64,000 nt of DNA, taken from Macrostomum hystrix (lineage: Eukaryota > Animalia > Platyhelminthes). The stretch is taken from the NCBI GenBank assembly GCA_950097015.1, contig CATNEN010000039.1, forward strand, positions 12,214,001 to 12,278,000. The letters run 5' to 3'. Position 1 is the first letter of the stretch; each line of letters begins with the position of its first letter. Position numbers and translations under genes: made by a program. Below are positions 36,301-46,445 of this stretch, piece by piece. The notes beneath the pieces were generated by a model. It ran no database searches, was not told the DNA's origin, and saw nothing but the letters and a program-made list of their open reading frames with translations.

Positions 36301-39300
36301 AGCTGCAATCTATCTATCTATCTATCTAAAAATCAAGATTTGTTAAATGTATTGTAAAAGACGGAAAATGATGATCCGTAAGGTGGAATTTTACGAAAAT
36401 CGATCATTCGGTTTCGGAGCTATTGTGAAGTGGGCAGTGGGCATTTGAAATACACCCGTGGTGTTTTCATTGTTAAATAACTAATTTTAGGGATAAATCA
36501 GATGCGTCGCTAGGTAACAAAAGTACACCACACGGAAACCTAAGGCCTCAGTCGCCAGAGGCAGAGAAAAACATCATCGTGACGACACCTCAGCTTCTTC
36601 CGCGATATCCTCGTCGAGTTCTTCAACAGTGGTGGTCATCATTGACGACCTGCTTAGCACAGCTGATTCGGGATAATATCCTTGCTGAATGCGTCTAAGC
36701 AACTGCAGCCGATGCTGCTGCTGCTGCTGCTGAAAATACTCGTAGGCTGAGTCATCCATGGCACTCAAAGCCTCATCGTCTATGGCAGCTGGCCCGGACA
36801 TTGGCTGCTGCTGCTGCTGCTGCAGTGGCGTTTAAAGAACGTTTTTAAGTTTTTACGGGAGTTTATAGAGGCTTAATTTTAGAGGAACTAAAAAAGTCCG
36901 TATTTTAAGTACTTTAAGATAGGTTGCATAGTGAACGACAAAAAATCGAAAGATATTTAATAATTTAGAATAGAAAGTAACGTTCCGTTCGAACTATTAA
37001 ATCAAATTCTCAACACAGTTTTAGCTCGTTACAACGAATTTGCAAACAGACAATTTAAAATGAAAAATATTATCATGCCAAGTTTAAAAGAAAAAAAAAT
37101 GTGTATAACTATACTCATAAATGAGTTATGAGTTATAGTTACTGAAGTTAAAGTACCATATAAGCATGCGATTCTTCGATTCTAACTGCCATTCTACCCA
37201 CAATTTTTCGATTCTATCTGCGATTCTTCGACTCCACCTGCGATTCTACCTGCGATTCTTCGACTCTACCTGCGATTCTTCGATTCCACCTGCGATTCTA
37301 CCCGCGATTCTTCGACTCTACCTGCAATTCTACCTGCGATTCTTCGATTCCACCTGCGATTCTACCTGCGATTCTTCGACTCTATCTGCGATTCTTCGAC
37401 TCTATCTGCGATTCTTCGATTCCACCTGCGATTCTTCGACTCTATCTGCGATTCTTCGATTCCACCTGCGATTCTACCTGCGATTCTTCGACTCTACCTG
37501 CAATTCTACCTGCGATTCTTCGATTCCACCTGCGATTCTACCTGCGATTCTTCGACTCTACCTGCGATTCTTCGACTCTACCTGCGATTCTTCGACTCTA
37601 CCTGCGATTCTTCGATTCCACCTGCGATTCTACCTGCGATTCTTCGACTCTACCTGCGATTCTTTGACTCTACCTGCGATTCTTCGACTCTATCTGCGAT
37701 TCTTCGACTCTACCTGCGATTCTTCGACTCTACCTGCGATTCTTCGACTCTACCTGCGATTCTTCGATTCTACCTGCGATTCTACCTGCGATTCTTCGAC
37801 TCTACCTGCGATTCTTTGACTCTAACTGCGATTCTTCGATTCCACCTGCGATTCTACCTGCGATTCTTTGATTCCACCTGCGATTCTACCTGCGATTCTT
37901 CGACTCTACCTGCGATTCTTCGATTCTACCTGTGATTCTACCTTCGATTCTTTGATTCTAACTGCAATTCTTTGATTCTACCTGCGATTCTTCGATTCTA
38001 CCTGCAATTCTACCTGCGATTCTTTGACTCTACCTGCGATTCTTCGACTCTACCTGCGATTCTTCGACTCTACCTGCGATTCTTCGACTCTACCTGCGAT
38101 TCTTCGACTCTACCTGCGATTCTTCGATTCTACCTGCGATTCTACCTGCGATTCTTCGACTCTACCTGCGATTCTTTGACTCTAACTGCGATTCTTCGAT
38201 TCCACCTGCGATTCTACCTGCGATTCTTTGATTCCACCTGCGATTCTACCTGCGATTCTTCGACTCTACCTGCGATTCTTCGATTCTACCTGTGATTCTA
38301 CCTTCGATTCTTTGATTCTAACTGCAATTCTTTGATTCTACCTGCGATTCTTCGATTCTACCTGCAATTCTACCTACGATTCCTTAATTCTACCTGTGAT
38401 TCTACCTTCGATTCTTTGATTCTAACTGCAATTCTTTGATTCCACCTGTGATTCTTTGATTCTACCTGCGCTTCTTCGATTCTACCTGCGATTCTACCTA
38501 TGAAGATTGCCCGGCGATATAAGCAACAAATTTTATTTTGGATTTCTGCTGCAATTCTAGATTTTATACTATTCTGCACTGGATCTACATGCGACTCCTG
38601 CTATGATTCAAATTAAACTGTTTTGGTTTTTGAGCTTTGGATTTTGTCGATAAAATAAAATAATATAAATAGTCCTATTCATATTCTAACCCCGAGTACT
38701 CACCTGTTGCACGCTGTGCAGCACCCTCTGCTGGGCCAGTCGGTCATACTCCGCTGTTACGGCCTCCGTTGCCACCGCTGCCATTTTACTGTCAGCGGCC
38801 GATGCGGCTGCGGCGGTGGCCGATGGCGACACGCTGGACGAGCCGCCGCCACCGACAGCGCCGGCCGCGGAACGTCTGGCCGCCGACCTCAACCGTTGAG
38901 CCTCGCCTCTTAGTCGCTCAACCTCGCCCAGCAGGCGTTCCCGCTCCGATCTGGCCTCCTCAAGCTGGCCGCGGGTTATCTCAAGCTCTCCACCGAGCTG
39001 GCCTCGCTCAGCCAGGCTGGCCATCTTCTCCGCCAGGTGCTGCTGAAGCCGTTCGTTGCTCTCCTCCAGTAGGCGGTCAACAGTGGCAGACAGTCGGCTG
39101 CTGTGCTCCTCGTGCAGGCGTTCTCGCTGCTGACAGCGAGCCAATTCGGTTCGCGCCTCGTCCAACTCGAAGCGCAACTCGTCGGTCCGGTCGGCCAGTT
39201 CGCACCTCTCGGCGCTGCTGTCGGCATCTAGATCGCGCTGATCCAGCATGTGGCGCAGCTTGTCCTCGGCGAGGCGCAGGCTGCTGTCCCGCATGGCAAG

Positions 39301-40239
39301 CTGCTCCTCCAGACGGTCGCAGCGCTCCTGGGCTGCGCTTGTCTCCCTCTGGGCGCCGAGGTAGCTGAGAAAGTGGCAGAATCAGTTATCAACTCTGCTG
39401 ATTGGCTGCGGGTCACCAACCTCCTCCGCAATTTGATTGGCTAAAACGAGATCGCACTTTCTAAGGGTGCTGCGCGGGTGGTCGGTGGCAGAGCGGTCCA
39501 AACGCGTTCGCCTCTCGCACCATGGTCCCTGAGCTCGATTCTGCGGCGAGGCCACGTTAAATTGGGGCGCAGCCGCGGAGAGAAGGCTTGGGGGCTTGTC
39601 GTGCAATTTGCGCCCTTGAAGGCGAACCCCCAAAGCACAGTGAAATGTACACTGCCTGACGATGAGAAAGTCAGAGCAGATGTACACGCCTGTGTGAGCG
39701 TGTGCCTGCGTACGGTATCTGTGTGCGTATGAGCTCAGGAGTCAGCGAAATTGGCAGAACTGCCTTCTCGCTGGCTGTGGGTCGGATGCCACCAAATGGA
39801 GGTATTATAATTATAAGGGTGCTGAGCAAAGCATCCAAAAGGCTGCGTACAGCTTTTCGGTCCATGGACTGGGGGACGGCAACAAACTTCCCAATTTTCT
39901 ATCGCAGTTTTTAGCACTGTTAAAACTGACGCATCTTGCTCAAACACCTGATACGAGATCGCGTTGACTCACCGCTGCTCCAGGGTGGCGATGCGGGCCT
40001 CCTGATCACGTCGGCGAGCCTCGCCTTCGGCCAAGTCGCGTTGGAGTCGTTCGGCCAATTCGGCTGTCTTGCCAGAGTCAGCCAGCGAACGGGCCTGCAG
40101 CTCCTCCAGCTCCGCCGCTCGACGCTGACTCTGCTCAAGGCGTTCCTGAAGCTGTTGTATGTGCTGCTGCTGCTGCTGCTGCTGCTTCTGTTGCTGCTGC
40201 TGCAACTGCTGGAATTCTATTTGCTGCTGCTTGATTTGA

Positions 40240-40275
<36 letters not shown>

Positions 40276-43200
40276 TGCTGTTGCTTAGTAGTTTGCTGAC
40301 CATTCGACAGCCCATCCGTCTGCGAATGCTGCGGCTGCTGCTTTTGCTGCTGTTCTAGTTGTTGCTGCTGCTGCTGCTGCTGTTCTTGCGGCTGCTGCTG
40401 CTGCAGCGGCGGTGGCGGAAGAGGAGGCGGCTGGGTTGGCTTGCTGTTAGTTTTTGCAAGCTCCTGATTGGCCGCGGCCAGCTCAGCCTCCAGCCGATTG
40501 GCTCTTTCTAAAGCGTTGCGCAATTTCTCTTTAATCTTCTCGTCCAGAGCTTTATGATGCTCGAATAAACTCTTCAAAGCTTTCAGCACTTCGACTTCCG
40601 AGCTGACGCCGGCGGGTGTCGAAGCCTGTCGCTTCACCACCGTCATTCGCAGGGATCGCTCGTGCCTAGCTACCAGCGACTCCAGGTGCTCCAGCAGCAG
40701 CCGGGTGTTGCTGCGCTCTGCTTTCAAGTCAGCGATGTCCTCGTCACGCTCTTGGAGCTGGTCGCGCAGCAGAACCACCTCCTTTGCTAGGCTGGCCGCG
40801 TCCTTTAAGATTTTAGGATTGGTACAGTGTTATAAAAATTATAAGAAAAAATGATATTTATAATTTCAGGAGGGCTGCGGGCAATGGAACATCATCTGGT
40901 GACACTTAAGACCCGCAGCCAGCGAAAGAGGCAATTCTGCTCATTTCGCTGACTCCTGAGCACATACGCACACGGAGGCAGTGTACACTACTTGGAATTT
41001 TGTTTTTTAGGAACGTAGATTGCACGACAAGCCCCCCCTTAGCTTTGTGACCTCGCCGCGGAATCGAGCTCGGGGACCTTAGTGCGAGAGGCAGCCACGT
41101 CACGTCACACACGCTAAATTTAATTGCTTCATCAGCAGTTAGTCCTTGGGGGGTGGTGGCGAAGCTCCTGAGCTCGAATCCGCGGCGAGGCCACATTGAG
41201 TTTGTGGCGCCGTCACGGAGAGAAGGCTTTGCGGCATGTCGTGCGATTTGTAAGTCAGGGCAGGGTTTACACACCTGCGTGATTGTACTGTGTACGGTAT
41301 GACTGCGTACGCTAACCAGTGTGGCTTTGTTGTGTAGCCAAGGTTGTTCAACATTTTCCGCCCTTTACGATGAACTAATTTTCTAAGCTGTCCGACGTCA
41401 GCATCGTCGAGATATTCAGCGGTTCTTGTTGAAGACCCTGGTGACTAAGGTTGCTTTGTATAATCCTCTTTGGCGAATCCATGGTTTTATGGTTTTATGC
41501 TTTTTGCCACCAGACACCCCGACGAGAATGATTGAATATCTCGACGATGCCGATGTTTTGTGATTCTGGAAGTTGTTTAATCGGAGAGAATCGAAAAATT
41601 GTAGCTCGAGTTCTGTAAAATATGGCCCTTCTACTACGAGTATTAAGCCGAAAAAAGCAGCCCTGACACACACAAGATGGTGTCATTTTACCATCAAATC
41701 GATTTGCTTAAAGTCAATTGGCCCTGCAGCCAGCATCAGTACACGCAGACAAAAGTGTCTTCAATTACAGAATCTTTTTTAGAGCACAGTAAAATATATA
41801 TAACTGTTGAATATTTGAGCAATGCACTTGCACAAAGTGCATGATCTTGTTAAAAACAAGATCATTGGCTAGCATTGTGACCAAGCCTCTAGGAAAGATC
41901 TAAAAAATAATTCTATATACCGAAATCTAATTCGAACTCCGCAGAAATCTTTAGAAATCTTTCACTTGTTGTTGGCCGGGCAGTTGGCACTTTAATATCA
42001 TAAATAATTCAAGCGGTATTACTCCCCCGCAACTTTCGACAGTTCTTCGACTTGGGAGTCAAAATGAGCAGCCACTATTTTGGGAGGTCTGAACCAGATA
42101 TACTGTGCTGTTCGATGGGCCAAAGGGGTGTGTGGGGCGTTGTTACACATGGGGCGCGCAGAAAATGCTGATTAAAGCAGAACTCTACTGCGCTCCAGCG
42201 TTTGTGTACCCTCTTTGAGTCCGCAGCTCAGCAGCTGCGAGAGAAAGCGGATATGTTGATAGCATTCGTATGCGAAATTGCGGCCAGCTAAGCAGCAGAG
42301 CAGTACAGGATTAGTTAAGCCCGGCTGGAGAAGATAAGTCCCGCGAAAGTCAACCATTACTCTCCAAATAGGCAGCTAAACCCCATATGCTTGAATATTA
42401 TACTGCTGAACTTTTTTAACGCCAACACGCAGCCTAATTAAACTTGTGAGCAGTGAATAATATCTATAGATAAAATACGTACATTTTTATTATCTTATCA
42501 TCACTTTCGCTTCTTTTTGTGTACCCGACCCTTACTCTGATTGGCTGAACTCTCTCTCTCTCTCTCTCTCTCTGTGTGTCTGTCTCTCTACTCCCTCCTC
42601 GATTGCCATTGGCTGAGTCAGGGTCACATTTACGTACGTCCGATTATTTCCGGTTTTCACGTTCACTCTCCCTCCTTGCTTGCTAATGGCGGAGGCAGGG
42701 TCGCATGAAATGCATGCGCGTGTGTACATGTGCACAGACTACCTGTCGACCGTGATGTCCATCTAACGAGTGCCGCCTCGCTGATGCCCCATCAGAACTC
42801 AATAAATCAGTCCGATCAACTGCAGACATTATCTGCACTGCTCTGCTGTCATAACAATTCGTGCCTGGAATTTCATTTCTGCAAGTAAATCCAAAACTGT
42901 TAGGATAACAGGAAAATTGCTGCTGCTGTTGATAACGTTGCTGCTGCTGCTGCTGCTTCTGCTGCTCAAGCAGGGTAGTTGAAGCAATGGGTGTCAGTGG
43001 TCTACCAATACCCGATAGAAGGCGTTGTCGCTGAGTGCGAGATCTGGGCAACAAAGACTGCGAATTCATTCTTAATCTTTCTAGATACTCTTTGTTTACC
43101 AAGACGCAGAAAAGCTATTGTAAAAGTGATACTTAACCACAGCAGAAGATTTTGTAGATTTCCTACGAATCCCAGTCGAACAGAAATAGCCAATTAGAAT

Positions 43201-44224
43201 GAACCTAACAACCGAACCAATGAGCTATTTGGCGGATCAGTTAGAAAATTCTCTATTTCAAAAACAGATCAGGGCTCCTACTGAAAGTAATGTATTTAGC
43301 TAATCGTAGCAAAAATATTACATGCAGTTATATCTACCACATGTTGAAAAAACATTTTCTCAGCTGTTGCGGATCAATTATCTAAACTGAGGGCTGCCAA
43401 ACACAGCACAATGAGACGCTGAGACAGACCTGAGTGAATGAGTAGCTGCGAGAGTAGCATAATAATTGTACATCGCTTAATACTTGATTAATTAATCTAT
43501 ATGCCTGATGGAAAGCCAGTTGAGGGAGAGCTATAGCAAAAATAAATGCCTTGCATATTGCAGCCCATAAGAATCACAATATGGAAGGCTTCACGCCTGA
43601 GTTGCTTGAAAATGAAAATTCTCGCGAAATCTGAACACCGCGAACATGCAAGAGCATCTTATCTGTTCAGGCACTTATGGGTATAGCCCTAGCAACAGCT
43701 GAGATACCTCACTCACTCACTCACTCACTCACTCACTCACTCACTCACTCACTCACTCACTCACTCACTCACTCACTCACTCACTCACTCACTCACTTAC
43801 TCACTCACTCACTCACTCACTCACTCACTCACTCACTCACTCATTCACTCACTCACTCACTCACTCACTCACTCACTCACTCACTCACTCACTCACTCAC
43901 TCACTCACTCACTCACTCACTCACTCACTCACTCACTCACTCACTCACTCACTCACTCACTCACTCACTCACTCACTCACTCACTCACTCACTCACTCAC
44001 CACAAACAACCAAACAAGCAAACAAACAAAGTAACTAACTAACTGACTGACTGACGAACTAACTAACTTACTGACTGACTGACTGACGAACTAACTAACT
44101 AACTAACTGACGAACTAAATAACTAACTAACTGACTGACGAACTAACTAACTAACTAACTGACTGACGAACTAACTAACTAACTAACTAACTGACGAACT
44201 AACTAACTAACTAACTGACTGACG

Positions 44225-44264
<40 letters not shown>

Positions 44265-44300
44265 GACTGACGAACTAACTAACTAACTAACTGACTGACG

Positions 44301-44340
<40 letters not shown>

Positions 44341-44404
44341 GACTGACGAACTAACTAACTAACTAACTGACTGACGAACTAACTAACTAACTAACTGACT
44401 GACG

Positions 44405-44440
<36 letters not shown>

Positions 44441-44472
44441 GACGAACTAACTAACTAACTAACTGACTGACG

Positions 44473-44508
<36 letters not shown>

Positions 44509-44544
44509 GACTGACGAACTAACTAACTAACTAACTGACTGACG

Positions 44545-44580
<36 letters not shown>

Positions 44581-44644
44581 GACTGACGAACTAACTAACT
44601 AACTAACTAACTGACGAACTAACTAACTAACTAACTGACTGACG

Positions 44645-44676
<32 letters not shown>

Positions 44677-46445
44677 GACTGACGAACTAAATAACTAACT
44701 AACTAACTGACGAACTAACTATCTAACTAACTATCTAACTAACTAACTAACTAACTAACTGACGAACTAACTGACGAACTAACTAACTAACTAACTAACA
44801 TTACGAATCAAACGCAGTGTGATTTTGCATTAAAAATACTTTCAGAAGATCATGCAGCGTACGCGTAAGTATTTTCCCCCCAAATAGCCACTGTTTTTTT
44901 CAGGATACAGTGGGATTTCAAGTGGAATAGCATTAAGAAGGCCAGTGCATCTACAAGGACAAAACCTGTAGGATAACGAAAGCTAGGTCAGACATCCGAA
45001 AAAAAGCTGGTGTGTGTGTGTGTGCTTGCGGGTCCTTGACATTCAGTGATCAGCTGTTCCTAAACCTGTCCACTAAAATCTAAACAGAGCTACAACACAT
45101 GATTGGTTGAAATTGCACTACTTTGTTATCCAACATTACAATTTGCCGCACAATACTACCCCAGATATTAATGCCGAACTAATTTAGACTGGTTAGATGT
45201 ATCGCTTTTTTAAACAAACTAATGCGGATTATAAAACCTCGAACGTCCAATATTTAGCTATCAAGCATCACTATGAAAGCTTTCCGGTGTAAAGCTTTTG
45301 TGCAGAATTTAGAAGTACATAATTTTTGTTGCGTACTTTGTGTTTGGTCTTGGGATTCTTCCCATCTAGAACAGGTACTGGTCTTGGGATTCTACCCATC
45401 TAGAACAGTTACTGGTCTTGGGATTCTTCCCATCTAGAACAGGTACTGGTCTTGGGATTCTTCCCATCTACAACAGGTACTGGTCTTGGGATTCTACCCA
45501 TCTAGAACAGGTTCTGGTCTTGGGATTCTTCCCATCTAGAACAGGTACTGGTCTTGGGATTCTTCCCATCTAGAACAGGTACTGGTCTTGGGATTCTTCC
45601 CATCTAGAACAGGTACTGGTCTTGGGATTCTTCCCATCTAGAACAGGTTCTGGTCTTGGGATTCTACCCATCTACAACAGGTACTGGTCTTGGGATTCTA
45701 CCCATCTAGAACAGGTTCTGGTCTTGGGATTCTTCCCATCTAGAACAGGTACTGGTCTTGGGATTCTTCCCATCTATAACAAGTACTGGTCTTGGGATTC
45801 TTCCCATCTAGAACAGGTACTGGTCTTGGGATTCTACCCATCTAGAACAGGTACTGGTCTTGGGATTCTACCCATCTAGAACAGGTACTGTTCTTGGGAT
45901 TCTTCCCATCTAGAACAGGTACTGGTCTTGGGATTCTACCCATCTAGAACAGGTACTGGTCTTGGGATTCTTCCCATCTACAACAGGTACTGGTCTAGGG
46001 ATTCTTCCCATCTACAACAGGTACTGGTCTTGGGATTCTTCCCATCTAGAACAGGTACTGGTCTTGGGTTTCTACCCATCTAGAACAGGTTCTGGTCTTG
46101 GGATTCTTCCCATCTACAACAGGTCGAGAATGAAAGCCTCACCTTTGGCATGCTGCTATCCACCTGTCGCAGCAGGTGGTCCCGCTCTCTCTGCAGATCA
46201 TCGGCACGCCGATGAGCCAGCCCCAGCTGCTCCTGAGCATCCCGAAGAGCTTCGGTCAGACGGTCGCGCTCGTCCAGCATACTGATCATCAGCTGTTCAA
46301 CGTTTCCGGATGTCGACAAGTCGTCCTGCGACGAGTGCGACTGGGACGGGTCGCGGTCGCCGCCGCCACCAGGACCGGCGCCGCCATCGCCGCGAGGCGC
46401 GGCAAGGGCGCCATCTTCGACTATTGTTGGCATAACATCGCACAT
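24960..46445 (-). CDS. PPFIA: Liprin-alpha (PPFIA/SYD-2) homologue; exons 46445-46143, 40802-39973, 39364-38704, 36006-35632, 30326-30232, 29842-29705, 29415-29009, 28648-28507, 27873-27299, 25324-24960; ~1296 aa
   Basis: N-terminus [22 protein letters not shown]; LH1 region [61 protein letters not shown]; [18 protein letters not shown]; [19 protein letters not shown]; three SAM domains ([33 protein letters not shown]; [24 protein letters not shown]; [21 protein letters not shown]). All introns are GT-AG with matching phases and the total of 3891 nt is in frame. The small low-complexity middle exons are the least certain. Confidence 0.93.
25465..25570 (+). repeat. 25-bp short tandem repeat (TGTACTTTTAAAGGCTGCCTCGTCG)
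   Basis: ~4 units in the last liprin intron. Confidence 0.85.
27935..28490 (-). repeat. 30-bp minisatellite (sense CCTTCCCAAATCCCCAGATTAAGCTACCAA), liprin intron
   Basis: ~18 units with a 4-5-unit higher-order period. Confidence 0.95.
28720..28998 (+). repeat. 12-bp minisatellite (CTAGATACTAGC)
   Basis: ~23 units filling most of a small liprin intron. Confidence 0.95.
29895..30175 (+). mobile_element. SINE family A copy with internal deletion in the tRNA head
   Basis: Shared body; lies antisense in a liprin intron. Confidence 0.8.
30600..34827 (+). repeat. 29-bp satellite (TCACAGAGGGGGTAGTGCAGTCCTAAATG) preceded by ~5 related 32-bp units
   Basis: ~140 units inside a liprin intron; variation is almost confined to a TG/TA/CA dinucleotide. 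Confidence 0.97.
35155..35517 (+). mobile_element. tRNA-derived SINE family A, near full-length copy
   Basis: Pol III A-box-like TAGCAGAGCGG and B-box GTTCGATTCC; conserved body GGGGCGCAGCCGCGGAGAGAAGGCTTGGGGGC...; 3' stem GCTGCGGG..CCCGCAGC; (ATT)n tail. Confidence 0.8.
36589..36819 (-). CDS. Candidate 231-nt cassette (or terminal) exon of liprin-alpha ([15 protein letters not shown]...EEAE)
   Basis: GC-rich polyQ/acidic ORF in an AT-rich intron. Acceptor CTGCAG|CAG is phase 0 and donor GAG|GTGTCG is phase 0, both matching the flanking exons. Read-through hits TGA at 36574-36576. Confidence 0.5.
37165..38500 (+). repeat. Compound 20/12-bp minisatellite (TCTACCTGCGATTCTTCGAC / TCTACCTGCGAT)
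   Basis: Tandem units with a 360-bp internal duplication. Confidence 0.95.
39478..39815 (+). mobile_element. SINE family A copy
   Basis: GGTGGCAGAGCGG head plus shared body. Confidence 0.8.
40868..41095 (-). mobile_element. SINE family A copy, reverse orientation, internally deleted
   Basis: Reverse complement reads GCCTCTCGCACTAAGGTCCCCGAGCTCGATTCCGCGGCGAGG...GCTCAGGAGTCAGCGAAATG...CCCGCAGCCCTCC. Confidence 0.75.
41145..41320 (+). mobile_element. SINE family A degenerate copy
   Basis: CTGAGCTCGAATCCGCGGCGAGGCCACATT..CGGAGAGAAGGCTT..GTCGTGC. Confidence 0.7.
41363..41600 (+). repeat. Dispersed repeat with internal inverted repeat, copy 2
   Basis: Perfect 18-bp arms GCATCGTCGAGATATTCA (41401) / TGAATATCTCGACGATGC (41533). 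Confidence 0.75.
42743..43069 (-). CDS. Candidate alternative first coding exon of liprin-alpha (109 aa, [10 protein letters not shown]...GHHGRQ)
   Basis: PolyQ-containing ORF inside liprin intron 1 on the same strand. It ends at CAG|GTAGTC in phase 0, the phase required by the exon-2 acceptor at 40802. Confidence 0.5.
43709..44800 (+). repeat. Compound tetranucleotide microsatellite (CACT)n then (AACT)n/(GACT)/(GACG)
   Basis: Direct inspection. Confidence 0.97.
45346..46122 (+). repeat. 34-bp minisatellite (GGTCTTGGGATTCTTCCCATCTAGAACAGGTACT)
   Basis: ~23 units directly behind the liprin exon-1 donor. Confidence 0.96.

Noticed and set aside
37166-38295. 217-aa and 107-aa ORFs
   Set aside because: Tandem-repeat artefacts
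38769-40358. Plus-strand ORFs (199 aa; poly-Leu 140 aa)
   Set aside because: Antisense shadows of GC-rich liprin exons and CAG tracts
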